Assembly (NCBI RefSeq): GCF_001194135.2
Contig: NC_068983.1
Span: 68,685,437-68,749,436 of the forward strand
Direction: 5' to 3'
DNA length: 64,000 nt
Source: Octopus bimaculoides
Lineage: Eukaryota
Below, one piece after another: positions 1 to 12,090 of this stretch. The position numbers and the translations under genes were made by a program. The number at the start of each line of letters is the position of its first letter. Position 1 is the first letter of the stretch. The notes under the pieces are model-generated. The model saw nothing but the letters and a program-made list of their open reading frames with translations. It did not search any database and was not told the DNA's origin.

Positions 1-276
1 GAAAATCAAATGGAAATTGTAGTTGTGATACCCGTGCTGGTGGCACGTAAAAAGCACCAACCGATCGTGGCCGTTGCCAGCCTCCTCTAGCCCCTGTGCC
101 AGTGGAACGTAAAAAGCACCCACTACACTCACAAAGTGGTTAGCGTTAGGAAGGGCATCCAGCTGTAGAAACACTGCCAGATCAGACTAGAGCAACCTCC
201 TGGCTTCCCAGACCCCGGTTGAACCGTCCAACCCATGCTAGCATGGAAAACGGACGTTAAACGATGATGATGATGA
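1..276 (+). mobile_element. RTE LINE 3'UTR fragment with (GAT)n tail
   Basis: gtgccggtggcacgtaaaaagcacc-type units ...ggaagggcatccagctgtagaaa...ccaacccatgctagcatggaaaacggacgttaaacgatgatg, the same tail as 30250-30472. Confidence 0.85.
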
Positions 277-915
277 CTTCTCAGTATGACTTAACTGTTA
301 ATGCCACAGAAAGCCATGAGTACTATCTGGTGGTGTTGTATACAAACGTGTCCTATAGAGCTACTTATTTTAGTTATAGAGCTATTTACTTAGTTTAATT
401 AGTTTATTAAAGGCAGCTCTAAAATTATTTCTTCAAGATAGTTGAATACAATTCTGAAAAGCTCTTTCTTTTGCTAAACTAGATGAATAACAGAATGTGA
501 ATCGACTGGTTAGCATGTAAAAAAAGCAAGTTTGGTTTGTAAAGGTGGGAAACTGGCATGTCTTGTGTAATACAAGGTACATTGCTGAATGTACATCTGT
601 GAGGTGTGAGATTTTCAAAGTTACCATTAATGTAGACGACAGGCTATAGTGTTATTTAGTATAAAACTGAAACTGTTTAAAAACATCAGACACATATACA
701 AATGGTATAACAATACAAATTGATCTCAAGAAATGGAAAATGAAGTCAGTTAAGGAAGGAAGGTTAGAAACTTTGGGCAAAACAGGGTTCAGAGTGAGAG
801 AACCCATGGGTGAGAAGGGATAGTGGGGATGAAAGGCAGCTGTTGATAAGAAAACTAAATAAGGTAAAAAGACATTATTTACTATGGATGGATAGGTGTC
901 CTCACCTTTGTTGTT

Positions 916-961
916 ATCACAATGTTTTGGCTGATGTACTCCCCAGCCTCCATTAGGTTTT
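916..961 (-). ncRNA. Hammerhead ribozyme relic (second arm of the same element); core mutated
   Basis: Minus strand reads AAAAC-CTAATGG-A-GGCTG(gggagtacat)CAGCC-AAAAC-ATT-GTGAT. It keeps the 3' part lost in the + arm but has core substitutions, two of them at CpG positions. Confidence 0.5.
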
Positions 962-1248
962 TTGGTGGAATTTTGAACCCAACCCTTTATTTGACTAATG
1001 GGGTATTCTTTTTTACTGATGTTATTTTTTTTTGTTGATATTATTTCCCAAGTCCCAGTCTGGGATTGAACTCAGAATCCGAGGGTACATAACATAGTGG
1101 ATAAGAGTGCGGGCTACTGACACTCGGATTCTGAGGCAGGGACTTGGGAAATAATACCAAAAAAAAAAAAAGAAAACAGAATACCTTAGGAATGAGAACA
1201 GGGCACTCCCATTAGTCAAATAAAGGGTTGGGTTCGAAATTCCACCAG

Positions 1249-1286
1249 AACACCTGATGAAGGCTGGAGAGTACATCAGCCGAAAC
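1249..1286 (+). ncRNA. Hammerhead ribozyme relic (type I, minimal); cleavage-site/3' stem I part deleted
   Basis: AACAC-CTGATGA-A-GGCTG(gagagtacat)CAGCC-GAAAC: intact core with a 5-bp stem II. The expected downstream GTT-GTGTT is missing in this copy. Confidence 0.65.
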
Positions 1287-1881
1287 ATAACAACAAATAA
1301 GGTGAGGACACCTATCTGTCCATTGTAAATAATGTACATAATTCCTCTTCTCAAAAATATAGAATGGTGAGGAAAACAGAATTAGATGTTTATATTTTAT
1401 TACTGACCAATGCACAAATAAGATAGAGGAATTGTAACTAAGAATTGCAAACTTCAGACCACAAAGTACTCATATTACTGTAGAACACAAGATATAATTG
1501 AATAAAGTTGAATTTTGTATTAACAAAGCAATAAACACCTTCCACGCTGCAAACTATAAAGTCTTTTTAAAGAATATTGAAGAGAATAGTGAGAGGATTA
1601 CTGTTTTATGTAAATAGTATGTTAATAGCATTAGGTGAATCTGAACATGGGTTTTGAAGAAAGCTTATTTGTATGAAGGTTGTCCTGAAAGTAATGTATA
1701 AGTGGGAATAACTTTTTTTCATATATATGAATGATATACATAAGGCTTCTCAGCCTGTTAGTGTCCAATTTGAGTTGAAAAATCTCATGGAATTATGGCT
1801 CCTGTTGAATGAGATTTTAAATCTTTATATATTAATGAGATGATTTATGAAAGACCATTATTTTTTCGTTTTGTTTCATAG

Positions 1882-1983
1882 AGGACATGGCACCTACACA
1901 GCGGATGACCGACTTCATGCTTCAGTGGCTGGTGTTGTAGAGAGAGTGAATAAGTTGATCTGTGTACGTCCTTTGAAAACGAG
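1882..1983 (+). CDS. EXOSC2: EXOSC2/RRP4 coding exon (first in window, 102 nt; upstream coding exon lies outside the window)
   Basis: tttcatag acceptor, AG|gtaaag donor. Translates (R)GHGTYTADDRLHASVAGVVERVNKLICVRPLKT(R), matching the RRP4 N-terminal region (human RGHGTYMGEEKLIASVAGSVERVNKLICVKALKTR, from memory). Confidence 0.95.
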
Positions 1984-3689
1984 GTAAAGTATAATTTTTT
2001 TCAAATAGCCCCAGAAATTCATAGGGCTGGTAAGTTTCTGTGTTATTGAATAGAGGTGGATGGGATTGTTAGAGTTATGTCCCTTATGTCATTAATTGCC
2101 GTGTTTATGATTTCTAACAATTAGTGTGTTAACATTTTCGAGGAAGACGTGTAATCTCAGCTTCATGACTAGTGTCAGTTGATCCCAAATTGTGACTGGT
2201 ATGCATTTTCATCGACCCAGGAAGAGGAAAATCAATGTCAACTACCGTGAAATTTTGAACATAGTATATAAAGGAACGTAACTATATAGCGTAAGGCATT
2301 TGAAAGGTTTGCACTACTTTTCTGTCATTCTGCCATTCTTATAAATGAAATGGAAACATAATTTTTGCAGTAGAGTCTGTATTAATGAAATTTGTTAATT
2401 GGTGATAGATTGACAGTAATGATATTTACAATGTATAATTGAAAAAAAATTTTAAAAGAAAATTTCTTTAGGCAAAGCTAACATTCTTTAGTTTAATTTT
2501 CGAATGAAGCAAGACCTCTCATAGGCAGGGATAAATTTCTTTTGAGGATTTTAACTCTGGAATTCTTAGGTTTATATAAATTTTAATATATTTATTTGTT
2601 GATGAGAATATATTTTATTAGCATAAATTTTTCACTGTCACTTTTCTGTTTTTTTTTTTTTTACTCTTTTACTATGCATAAATCTCAATTATCTTTAAGT
2701 CTATTTTGCTTTCTTGCCAAATGAGAAAATAGCATAAATACTCTTTGTATTCTTTATGATACATGAAAAATAAAAAGTTTCTGGCTGTAGCAAAAAGGAA
2801 AAACAAACAACTTCAAAGAATGTAGCAATGAAGATTTTATGCTGCTAAAATGTATCTTAGCCTGTTCTCATCATCATCATCATCATATGTTTATTTTCCA
2901 TGCTGGCAAGAGTTGGACGGTTTGGCAGGGCGCTTGTTAGGCAGGAAACTGCACCAGGTTTCACTGTTTTGGTTGGATTTTAATGGCTGGATGCTCTTCC
3001 TAACACCAACTACCTTACAGAATGGGCAAGCTTTAGTTTTTCAAAGCTCACTGTGTTTATAATGAGAAATCAACTTGATTTGTTAGGATTGTTTGTCCCA
3101 AACTCTGTTTACGCATCTATTACAGAAAACTTTCTAGGAAGTTCTGCTACTTATTGCCCTACTATTAGGTATGTAGATTACAGCATCCTACCCAGATACC
3201 CAGTAATATGCCTGTACTAATATTCCAGTAATATGCCTGTAATTATATTGTTATCTAGTCCAGGAAGGCACAACGTTGTCTATATCTTTATTTGAGATTG
3301 ATCAAATAAGTTTTTTAGTGTTTTGGTTACATATATTGGAATATTTGATGACAGGGTCTTAGCTTTTGATGTAGGTGTAGAAGCACCATTGCAACAAACA
3401 CTTTAAATTGGAAATTTCTTAAACCTGCCAGAGCCTACTCTTCTTCAAAGAAAAATAAAACAAAGAATTGATCCCGGTTTTGACCAGGTTACTTTATTTA
3501 TTGACCTTGAAAGGATAAAAGGCAAAGTTGACCTTGGTGATATTTGAAGTCAATGCATAAAGAGCCAAAATAAATACCACAAAGCATTCTGTCTTCTGCT
3601 CTAATGACTCTGCCAATTTGCTGCTTTTTATTGTAATTACCCTAATTATAGAGGGAACATATGGCAGGGGTAGACCCAGGAAAATGTGG

Positions 3690-4412
3690 AACAAAATGGT
3701 GAGAAAGGATCTACAGATGCTGGGGTTCACAAAGGAGATGACAGGGCACTGAGATTCCTGGTGGTTTGCTGTACTTGAAGAGACACATCAGGCTAAGTAA
3801 AAGTGTGGTTGTCCTTGCATACAGGCTTGTCCCCTGCATCCCTAATCTTGCGGGCTCATAGGTACTGGTGCCATGTTAATGCACCCATGCCAGTGCTGTG
3901 TAAAAGCACTCAGTACACACTCTAAAGTGGTTGGTGTTAGGACGGGCATCCAGCCATAGAAAGCATGCCAAAACAGACATTAAGCCTGGGCAGCTCTTCA
4001 GCTGGCCAGTTCCTGTCAAACTGTTTAACCCATGCCAGCATGGAAAACAGATGTTAAATATAATGATGACTTTACTACAATTAAGTATCATCATCATCGT
4101 TTAACGTCCACTTTCCATGCTAACATGGGTTGGACGATTTGACTGAGGACTGGTGAAACCAGATGGCTACACCAGGCTCCAATCTGATTTGGCAGAGTTT
4201 CTACAGCTGGATGCCCTTCCTAACGCCAACCACTCTCAGAGTGTAGTGGGTGCTTTTACGTGCCACCGGCACGAAGGCCAGTCAGGCGGTACTGGCAACG
4301 GCCACATTCGAAATGGTGTCTTTTACGTGCCACCCGCACAGGAGCCAGTCCAGTGGCACTGGCAACGATCTCGCTCGAATCTCTTTACACGTGCCACCGG
4401 CACAAGTGCCAG
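3690..4412. mobile_element. Tail-to-tail pair of RTE 3' fragments: old + copy (~3690-4070) and young - copy (~4087-4412)
   Basis: Both carry the shared RTE tail. The minus copy retains CpGs and is nearly identical to 20316-20616. Confidence 0.8.
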
Positions 4413-4588
4413 GGCACAGGTCTTTTTTTAAGATAGTAGGATGGGATTTATGTGAAATTAATTTGCTGTTTTTAGCAAGCCAACTGCTTGTATAGAAGTT
4501 CCTCTAATGGTTTCATTGATACTCTATTGTTAATCTATGTTGTTAATAGTTAAAATTTCTCCATCTCACTGTTGTTGATGTTCTGTAG

Positions 4589-4724
4589 GTATAATGGTGA
4601 AGTTGGAGATGTTGTTGTTGGTCGAATCATTGAAGTAGGTCAACGGCGATGGAAAGTGGATACGCATTCCAAATTGGATTCTATTTTGATGCTGTCTTCT
4701 GTAAATTTACCTGGAGGAGAATTG
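4589..4724 (+). CDS. EXOSC2: EXOSC2 coding exon (136 nt), S1 domain
   Basis: ttctgtag acceptor, TTG|gtaagg donor. (R)YNGEVGDVVVGRIIEVGQRRWKVDTHSKLDSILMLSSVNLPGGEL. Phase is consistent with the previous exon. Confidence 0.96.
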
Positions 4725-5072
4725 GTAAGGGACCTTTTTTTTCTAAGTTGTTGTGAAATGTTTATAGTAATTTCTAATTTAGACACAAGTCAAATTTTGA
4801 GCTATTGTATGGTCAGTTATTTCAACGGTGGTATCTCATCATCATCATTTTAATGTCCACTTTTCCATGATTGCATGGGCCATACAAAATTTGCTGAGGC
4901 TGATTTTCTACAGTTGGATACCCTTCCAGTTGCCAACCCTCACTTGTTTCCAAACATGGTAATATTCCTCATCGCCAGACATCTTTTCATGGAAAATTGG
5001 AAAGAAAGGACACTGCTTGCATGATGGTGACATTTATTTACAACTACCATGTGATGTCAAGGCAAGGAGACA

Positions 5073-5109
<37 letters not shown>

Positions 5110-5110
<1 letters not shown>

Positions 5111-5303
5111 TGGAGTACTCTGCCTTAAAGGGTTTTAGTTGAACAAATCAACCCCATGACTTATTCTTTGTAAGCGTAATACTTATTCTATCTGCCCCTT
5201 TTGCCTAACTGCTAAGTCATGGGGATGTAAACACACCAACATCAGTTGTCAAGTTATGATGGGGGGGACAAATACAGACACAAAGACACACACCTATAAA
5301 TAA

Positions 5304-5337
<34 letters not shown>

Positions 5338-5497
5338 GATGGGTTTCTTTCAGTTACCGTCTACCAAATCCACTCTCAAGGTTTTAGTTGGCCGAAGGCT
5401 ATAGTAAAAGACACTTGCCCTAGGTGCTATGCAGTGGGACTGAACCTTGTAACCATGTGGTTGGGAAGCAAGCTTCTTAGCATACAGCCATGCCTAT
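5110..5497 (-). mobile_element. tRNA/CORE-like SINE family B with central (TA/CA)n tract
   Basis: Minus strand: ggctgt.tg.taag..gcttgctt.ccaaccacatggtt...ggttcagtcccactgc...ggcaagtgtctt (CORE-like). Further full or partial copies at ~9290-9680, 12790-13020, 13932-14035, 25810-26005, 37300-37500, 39490-39680, 40770-41000(+), 52440-52764, 53481-53600, 60620-61000, 61215-61325, 63658-63845. Confidence 0.85.
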
Positions 5498-5730
5498 AAA
5501 ATGTATATATGTGCTTGTGAGTATATTTGTATAATAACAAGTAAGGGGTGGAAACAAAGCCAGTCTGACATGCTTACTGTGAGATTGCTTTCTTTTGCCG
5601 AACAGAATAGCAGTTAAATTAGTGGTGATGATGATGGTTGTTGTTGTTGTTGTTAATGTCTTTCAAGAAGAGACCTGCAACATGATTAAGTTTTGATGGT
5701 TTTTAATTTTCATTCCTTTTTTTCATGCAG

Positions 5731-5796
5731 AGACGAAGGTCAGAAGAAGATGAGAAGATGATGCGACATTACTTAAAAGAGAATGATCTCATCAGT
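5731..5796 (+). CDS. EXOSC2: EXOSC2 coding exon (66 nt), S1 domain
   Basis: tttcatgcag acceptor. RRRSEEDEKMMRHYLKENDLIS. Followed by the U12-type donor GTATCCTTT. Confidence 0.96.
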
Positions 5797-6259
5797 GTAT
5801 CCTTTCTTTCTTTGCTTTTCTTTTCTGGTTGTATCACAATTTCACTTTGTTGGTTTACTGATCTGTTGGCTTATTTCTTTGTTTATTTATTGGATTTTTT
5901 TGTATTGATTTGTTGTGTTATTTGTTCATTATTGTCATCATTTAGCCATAGGTCAGCCTTTATGAAACAGATCCATGATCAAAAGCATTCCTGTTGTGAT
6001 GAGCCAATCTTTCTGCTCAGGTCAATATCTAATGTGTCCTTTTGTTTTTTTAAGAAGACAGGTGTAATTTGAGGGAGATGTAGTTGCTATTTCTTTAATA
6101 TCAAGTGGCCATACTGAGGCTCACTTGTTGGCTTGATTGGTTTGGCAGATTTCTTATAGTTCTTTAACCCAGGTCAGCCTAGCTTATGGTCAAAAGCATT
6201 ACAACCATGACTATCTCACCTTTTAATACATCTACCATTGTCCAATGTAAAGTAAAAGT

Positions 6260-6500
6260 TAAGTTTCCTTCTCGAGTCATGCTGACTCATAAGGGCTGGT
6301 TTCCATGACGTATAAATTCCCCACCTGGATGGGACACTGGTCCATCACAGGATTACTCACTTTTGCCAGCTGAGTGAATTGAAGCAACATGAAATGAAGT
6401 GTTTTGCTCAAGAACACAACACATCACTCAGTCCAGGAATCGAAACCACAATCTCATGATGATGAGTCCAACACCCTAACCACTAAGCTGTGTGCCTCCA
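6260..6500 (-). mobile_element. tRNA-derived CORE/MIR-like SINE, older
   Basis: Minus-strand head ggaggcacacagcttagtggttagggtgttggactc...gtggtttcgattcctggactg...gtgttcttgagcaaaacacttcatttc. Related heads at ~28284-28450(+), 45375-45620(+), 7625-7760(+). Confidence 0.7.
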
Positions 6501-7992
6501 CCATTGTACAATATACATTATTTATACTCATATATGAGTTGCAGTGGTAGACAAGTCAGCCTCTATTCTCGTCTTATGTTTATAATTTGTTTTGGGTATG
6601 ACCATGATTTTAAACTGTAACTGGTAGTGGGGCCCTAGTTCAGGGTTTCAGGATTTTGAGGAGTGTGGAACCACCATTTAGCCACTATTGTTTCCTGGTC
6701 TACTCTGACCTGAAATGGTAGCACTTAACAGGGCCCCAGCTGTGGGTTAATTAGCATATTAGGGCTTCATTGTTTATGCATGTGAAGACTGGATTTGGTG
6801 GATTCTACAGAAGAAACCTTCATGGTTCAACAGAGGGAACTGTGGCTGCTGCAATACATCGTGGAGTGCAGAGAGCAAGATGATTTAAGTAAGACCTCTT
6901 GGTTATCATCCACTGCGTCTGTCTCTGTCCCAAGTTATCTTGACCTGGTTTTGTTACTCGGTTGAAGATGGTCATGGCTGAGAGGGAGGCTGACAGTGCA
7001 TGGCTCTTCTTCATTTTAAACAAAATCACTGAGCAAGTCATCAGTAATCCATAAGGATGACTAGATATGTCTCATTGCTCCAGTGGATGGACACGATATG
7101 TTTATAATATTTTGTATTCAGCCTTTGACACATGTAACTTTTCATTTGTGGCTGCACCATGCACAAAGCACCTGTGTCAATGCTATGTAAAGGCACCTGT
7201 GCTGTCACCCAGTATATTCTGTAAAGTGGTTGGCATTAGGAAGGGCAACCAGCCATAGAAACCATGCCAAAAAGACCCCCAGCCAACTAGAACCTGGTAC
7301 TGTCCTCTGGCTTGCCAGCTCCTGACCATCCAACCCATGCCAGCATGGAAAATGGGTGTAAAATGATGATGATGATGATTAAAATAAACATATTTAGCTG
7401 CTATGAAGGTAGGTTGGTCATGGTGACATAAGTAAGCTGCCTTATATAGTCAATGTGCCACTGGTATGCTGGTATGTATGTTGATGCTTATTGATCCAAG
7501 CTCAGGGCAAGGATTTGTAGATAAGTCATGGAAGTTTTTATTTTATTGTGTCTCTTTATTGAGGAAAAGACTGTAACTTCTTGAGAAATATAAGTAGTAC
7601 TTCTCTATGAAAGGTGGTAAACTGTAGTTTCTGAAGGCATGTAGCCTAGTGGATAAATTATTGGGATCTCTATCATTAGGTCATGGGTTCTATTCTCAGG
7701 CAGGGCTGTGCTTTGTGTCCTTGAGTATAGTATTTCATTTCATGTTTCTCCAGGACACTTAGCTGAAAAAGAGGACCTTCTGGGGGTTGTTGTTGTTGTT
7801 GGTGGGTGGGTGTTTGGGTTAACTTTGCAATGGATTAGCATCTTGTTCAGGCAGGCATCTTGTACTTTCAGCCTAAATGCCTTGAAAATCCAGATAATTC
7901 TGACATTATGAGCCTGTTGGCTCAAAGCATACTCCCTACTCTCAAACAAGGACCCTATGATTTGAGGAAGATTGGGCTACTATTTCCAGTAA

Positions 7993-10599
7993 GTTGATTG
8001 ACCATGTAGAGGCTTCAGGGAACGTTTGAAAATCATATGTGGCTCTTAACAATTAAAGAGTTAAAACATTTATGAAATAATTTGAATGAACTTTATTAAA
8101 ACTACATTTATAATATCTACAGTTAGGTTTTATGAGCCCATCATTACTACTGGATTCACTGGTGGAAAATGGTCACATTTCTGTTCATGAATCTCAAACA
8201 CCATTCAGTTGAAATATGAAACTTTTAATTACTTAATATATATATATACTTGAAGAGGTGTGTATGGGGGTGTGATTGTGCTGACAATGTTATATGGTGC
8301 AGAGACGTGGGGGCTGAAAGAGGTGGAAAGGAAGCGACTAGATGTGTTTGAGATGAGATGTTTGAGGGCTATGGTTGGTGTGACATGGATGGACAGGATG
8401 AGGAATGAGGAGGTGCGAAGGTGAGCCAAAATGAGAGAAAAACTAACAACCAAAATGGATAGACGAATGTTGAGGTGGTTTGGCCACATGGAGTGGATGG
8501 AGGAGAAGTGAGTGGTAAGGTGGGTGATGAAGGCAGAAGTGGTAGGCAACAGAACCAGAGGCAGACCTCAGTTTGTGTGGATGGATGGAGTGAGGAAAGG
8601 TTTGGTAGTTAGAGGTGTTGGAGTGAGAGAGGCAAGGGAATTTATAAATGATAGGAAAGCTTGGAGAGTGTTTGTGGATGGATGAAGGAATTTTGATGTT
8701 GCTCAAAGGGGTATGGAACCAGCATGATGTGGCAGGGGTAAACCAGCATATGCTGTTGGGCCCCGCTGCTGATATTGGGGGTTGCATTCTATGCCTTGAC
8801 CCGAGCATAGGACGGGGCTCGCCTCTTTGAGCTGAGAAATGAATGGAATGCCTGGTGTGTGTCTTGTGGCTACCCACTCCTAAAAAAATGGGGGATAGGC
8901 CTGGGTATATGTATGTATGTATGTATTCATGTGTAGTTCTAATGTTTTTGTCCATTCATTTGTAATTCATGTGTCCAAATAGATAAATCTTTCTCCAGTT
9001 ACTTTTATGGACAGCAATTTAGCACATTTTAATTTATTTTGCAGTCTCAAGTGTCTCTTGTTTCTGTCCTTCACAAATTTTTCTGACACACAAAATGCTG
9101 TCTCAGCATTATGATTTCCATGCCTTTCAACATATCATTAATATACAACTTAAAAACCAGCCTCATAACTTTAGTTTTTGGTATTCATGGTTTTGTTTTG
9201 TTCTTTTTTTTTTTTTGTCACATTTTTCTTTTAAAAGTTGAATGTATTTTTCATCACTTTTGTCAACAAATTTGTGCGTATCTTTTATCTTTTACTTATT
9301 TCAGTTTGCCTGCAGCTATGCTGGGGCACTGCTTTGAAGGGATTTTCTAGTCGAACAAATTGACCCCAGGACTTATTTTTTAAAGCCTAGTACTTATTCT
9401 ATTGCTCTCTTTTGCCAAACCACTAAGTTATAGGGATGTAAACAAATCAATACCAGTTATCAAGCGGTGTTGAAGGGAAAAACACAGACACAAAGATAGA
9501 TAGACAGACACACATATACGACAGGCTTCATTGAGTTTCCATCTCCCAGATCCAGTCACAAGGCTTTGGTTGGCCTGAGGCTATAGCAGAAGGCACTTGT
9601 CCAAGGTGCCATGCAGTGGGACTGAACCCGGAACCTTGTGGTTGGACAGCAAGCTTCTTACCACACAGCCATGCCTATGCCTATAAGGGCTAAAAGTTTA
9701 TATGAAGCAACATAGCATGCATTTCATCACACATTGACACATTTGTTCTGTAGCAAAATTAAGCTCAGTTAATGTAAGTCAGAGTTTGATTACAAATTGT
9801 GAATTTTAAATATATAATTGCCTTCCTATCACTTCCTGCTCATCCATGGAATAATGGTATCTGTTCTCATACAAGTTGTGTTCCTTGCTCTACTGACATA
9901 ACAAAATTGCTTTAGTAGTAAATAACATTTGAACTGACAATATCCTGCTACTCTTCCTACTCTTAAATCTCTCAACTATGAAGTGGTGCTGGAACATGTT
10001 TGTCACCAATAAAGACTGGCAAATAGAGTTGAATGACTTGCTCAATGTTTTTAAACAATTATTGCACAGCTGGTTTTATGTTAAGTCATCTAGTATCTTG
10101 TTCTCTGTTACACTCTAAACAGAAGAATTTCATGTTGAAAATGGAGTCCATGTTGCCAGATTTAAAGATAGCATATGTAATTGCTAAACAAGCGTTACTG
10201 AACTAGGTATCTCAAAGCATCTAGTTTGACCTTTTCCCATGCTTGTGTCAGCTCTTCAGCAACAATTTAACAAAGATTAATTTTATCTGTAGTTCAACAT
10301 TGAGAAATAACCTACTTTCCTTAGATTGTCATATTATTCAAAAGGCAAATCTTTCATCCACTTAAAATCTTTATATATTCCTTTAAATATCTTTTATTTC
10401 AGTCTGTCTCTATATCATCATCAATAGGTTGGGCTTTTGATAGTTGACAACTAAATGGATAGATGAGGTTGATTGACCATGTAGAGGCTTCAGGGAACGT
10501 TTGAGAATCATATGTGGCTCTTAACAATTAAAGAGTTAAAACATTTATGAAATAATTTGAATGAACTTTATTAAAACTACATTTATAATATCTATAGTT
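7993..10599 (+). repeat. 132-bp direct duplication (7993-8124 and 10468-10599)
   Basis: gttgattgaccatgtagagg...aatatcta(c/t)agtt. 130 of 132 identical, offset 2475 nt. Confidence 0.9.
8245..8930 (+). mobile_element. 3' end of a second RTE (BovB-like) LINE family with (TATG)n tail
   Basis: + strand VIVLTMLYGAETWGLKEVERKRLDVFEMRCLRAMVGVTWMDRMRNEEVRR...MLRWFGHMEWM...RGRPQFVWMDGV. Confidence 0.85.
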
Positions 10600-11909
10600 G
10601 GGAAATAACCTATAAGCTGTGTGCTTGTGAGCATGCACACATTTTTGTAAGAAAGGTAATAAATTTTCATGGTGCTCTAGCATGGCCACAGTCAAATGAC
10701 TGAAACAAATAAAAGAATAAAAGAGTAAGATGAATTCAAATTTTTTTTAATTGGAAATATTTTAGTGATCATTACTTGCATGGATGTGTACCTACTTTGC
10801 AGAGAAAATTAAAATTTGCACTCAGTGCATATTTCTGTGCATACCCCAGCAAAAAAATTATGCTCATGGCATAGGCACAGCTAAGTAAGGCATTGCTCAT
10901 GTAAGCACATTGCTCATGGCATAGGCAAAGCTAATGCAGTTTGGGTGCTATACGCCCCCCCCCCCTCGCTCAGACAGTATTAAAATTTATTAAGGAAACA
11001 TTATTAATGAAGTTACTCTAAAGTGTTGGCTTGTTAATTCGGCAATGTTTTGAAATATTACCTATGATGTTGTGTGACATACCTTTCAGAGTTGTTATTG
11101 TTTAGGTCCAAGTAAACCCTGCAGGACAAAGCTATGATCAAAGAATTCCAACCATGACCCTCCTGTATTTTTAGAGGTATCTAGGACTGCACTATCTAAT
11201 GTGTCCTGTTTTTTTAAGAGTTAGGGTGTACTTTTAAGATTTAATCTGTTGTTTTTAGCTAGTTCAGCAACTATATTAAGGTCCTCTTTGGGCCCATCAC
11301 AGTGGAACTATCAAGTAGGAGTTTCTTGAAAGTGAAGTTTAGGAACGGTGAATACAAATACAAAAAAAAGTGGTTTGGGGAATTATTGATGTTGATCTTT
11401 TACTCTGAATACCATGTGGTACAGGTGCATACTGCACACTCTGCCATGCAACAGTTGATCAAGTAAGATGCAGCATGAGAGTCAAATCATGTTGCAGCTG
11501 TCCTTCATTGTTTAAGATGTTTTAAAGAAGATAAGGCTGCTATTTTCAGCAGGTTTAGCAATAACATAGAAGTTCCATGATTGGCAAAATTAAAAGAGAG
11601 AGTCAGGTAAAATAAATGTTATATTTCCATTTCTTTAGTCTCTTAGCTTAAATCCTGTTGGGGCTGTTTTTCTGTTTGTATTTGGATGGGAGAAATAAGG
11701 CTTTTAAGAGTGTATCCCAGATTTATTAGAGCTGATGGCTTTTATAATTGATTTATTGGTTTAGATGTGGTTTTGTAAACTAACTCTTTATTAAATCATT
11801 GACTCAGTAGCAAGGTCTATATTCTCTACTCTATTTGATTGAAACAAAAAGTACAGTTTACCTTGCCAAAATGTATACTGTAATATCTATTTGTTATTTT
11901 GTGGTTGTT

Positions 11910-12090
11910 TAGTTCCAGGTCACCCTGATCAAGCAGACTTACAATCAGAGACATTCTAATCATGCTCTTTCTGTCTTTTTATAGTATATCTAAGACTTCT
12001 ACATTATTCAATATGTTCCCACTTCTTTTTAAGATTGCTGAGGGAAATTTGGTTGCTATTTCTAGATGGTCAAAAACTCATGTAGAGGTT
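11910..12090 (+). repeat. Abundant old interspersed repeat (…atgatcaaaggcattcc…gagggagatttggctgctatttctag… family)
   Basis: Recurring degenerate motif at ~5945-6240, 7830-8020, 11090-11270, 11470-11570, 12200-12300, 32470-32530, 42900-43100, 46540-46740. Class not assignable by eye. Confidence 0.6.

Larger units (their letters stand above)
872..1335. mobile_element. Fold-back head-to-head inverted dimer of a tRNA-headed, hammerhead-bearing short retroelement (Penelope/retrozyme-like)
   Basis: 872-1083 is the reverse complement of ~1123-1335 (e.g. ctcagaatccgag 1071-1083 vs ctcggattctgag 1123-1135; acattatttac vs gtaaataatgt). The 39-nt central loop holds the A-box-like TAACATAGTGG. A B-box-like GTTCAATCC is on the minus arm. 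Both arms contain a hammerhead-like core. Confidence 0.75.

Noticed and set aside
1-1881. EXOSC2 first coding exon (expected ...VVPGDxIT...GFMR)
   Set aside because: No matching frame was found, so it lies upstream of the window.
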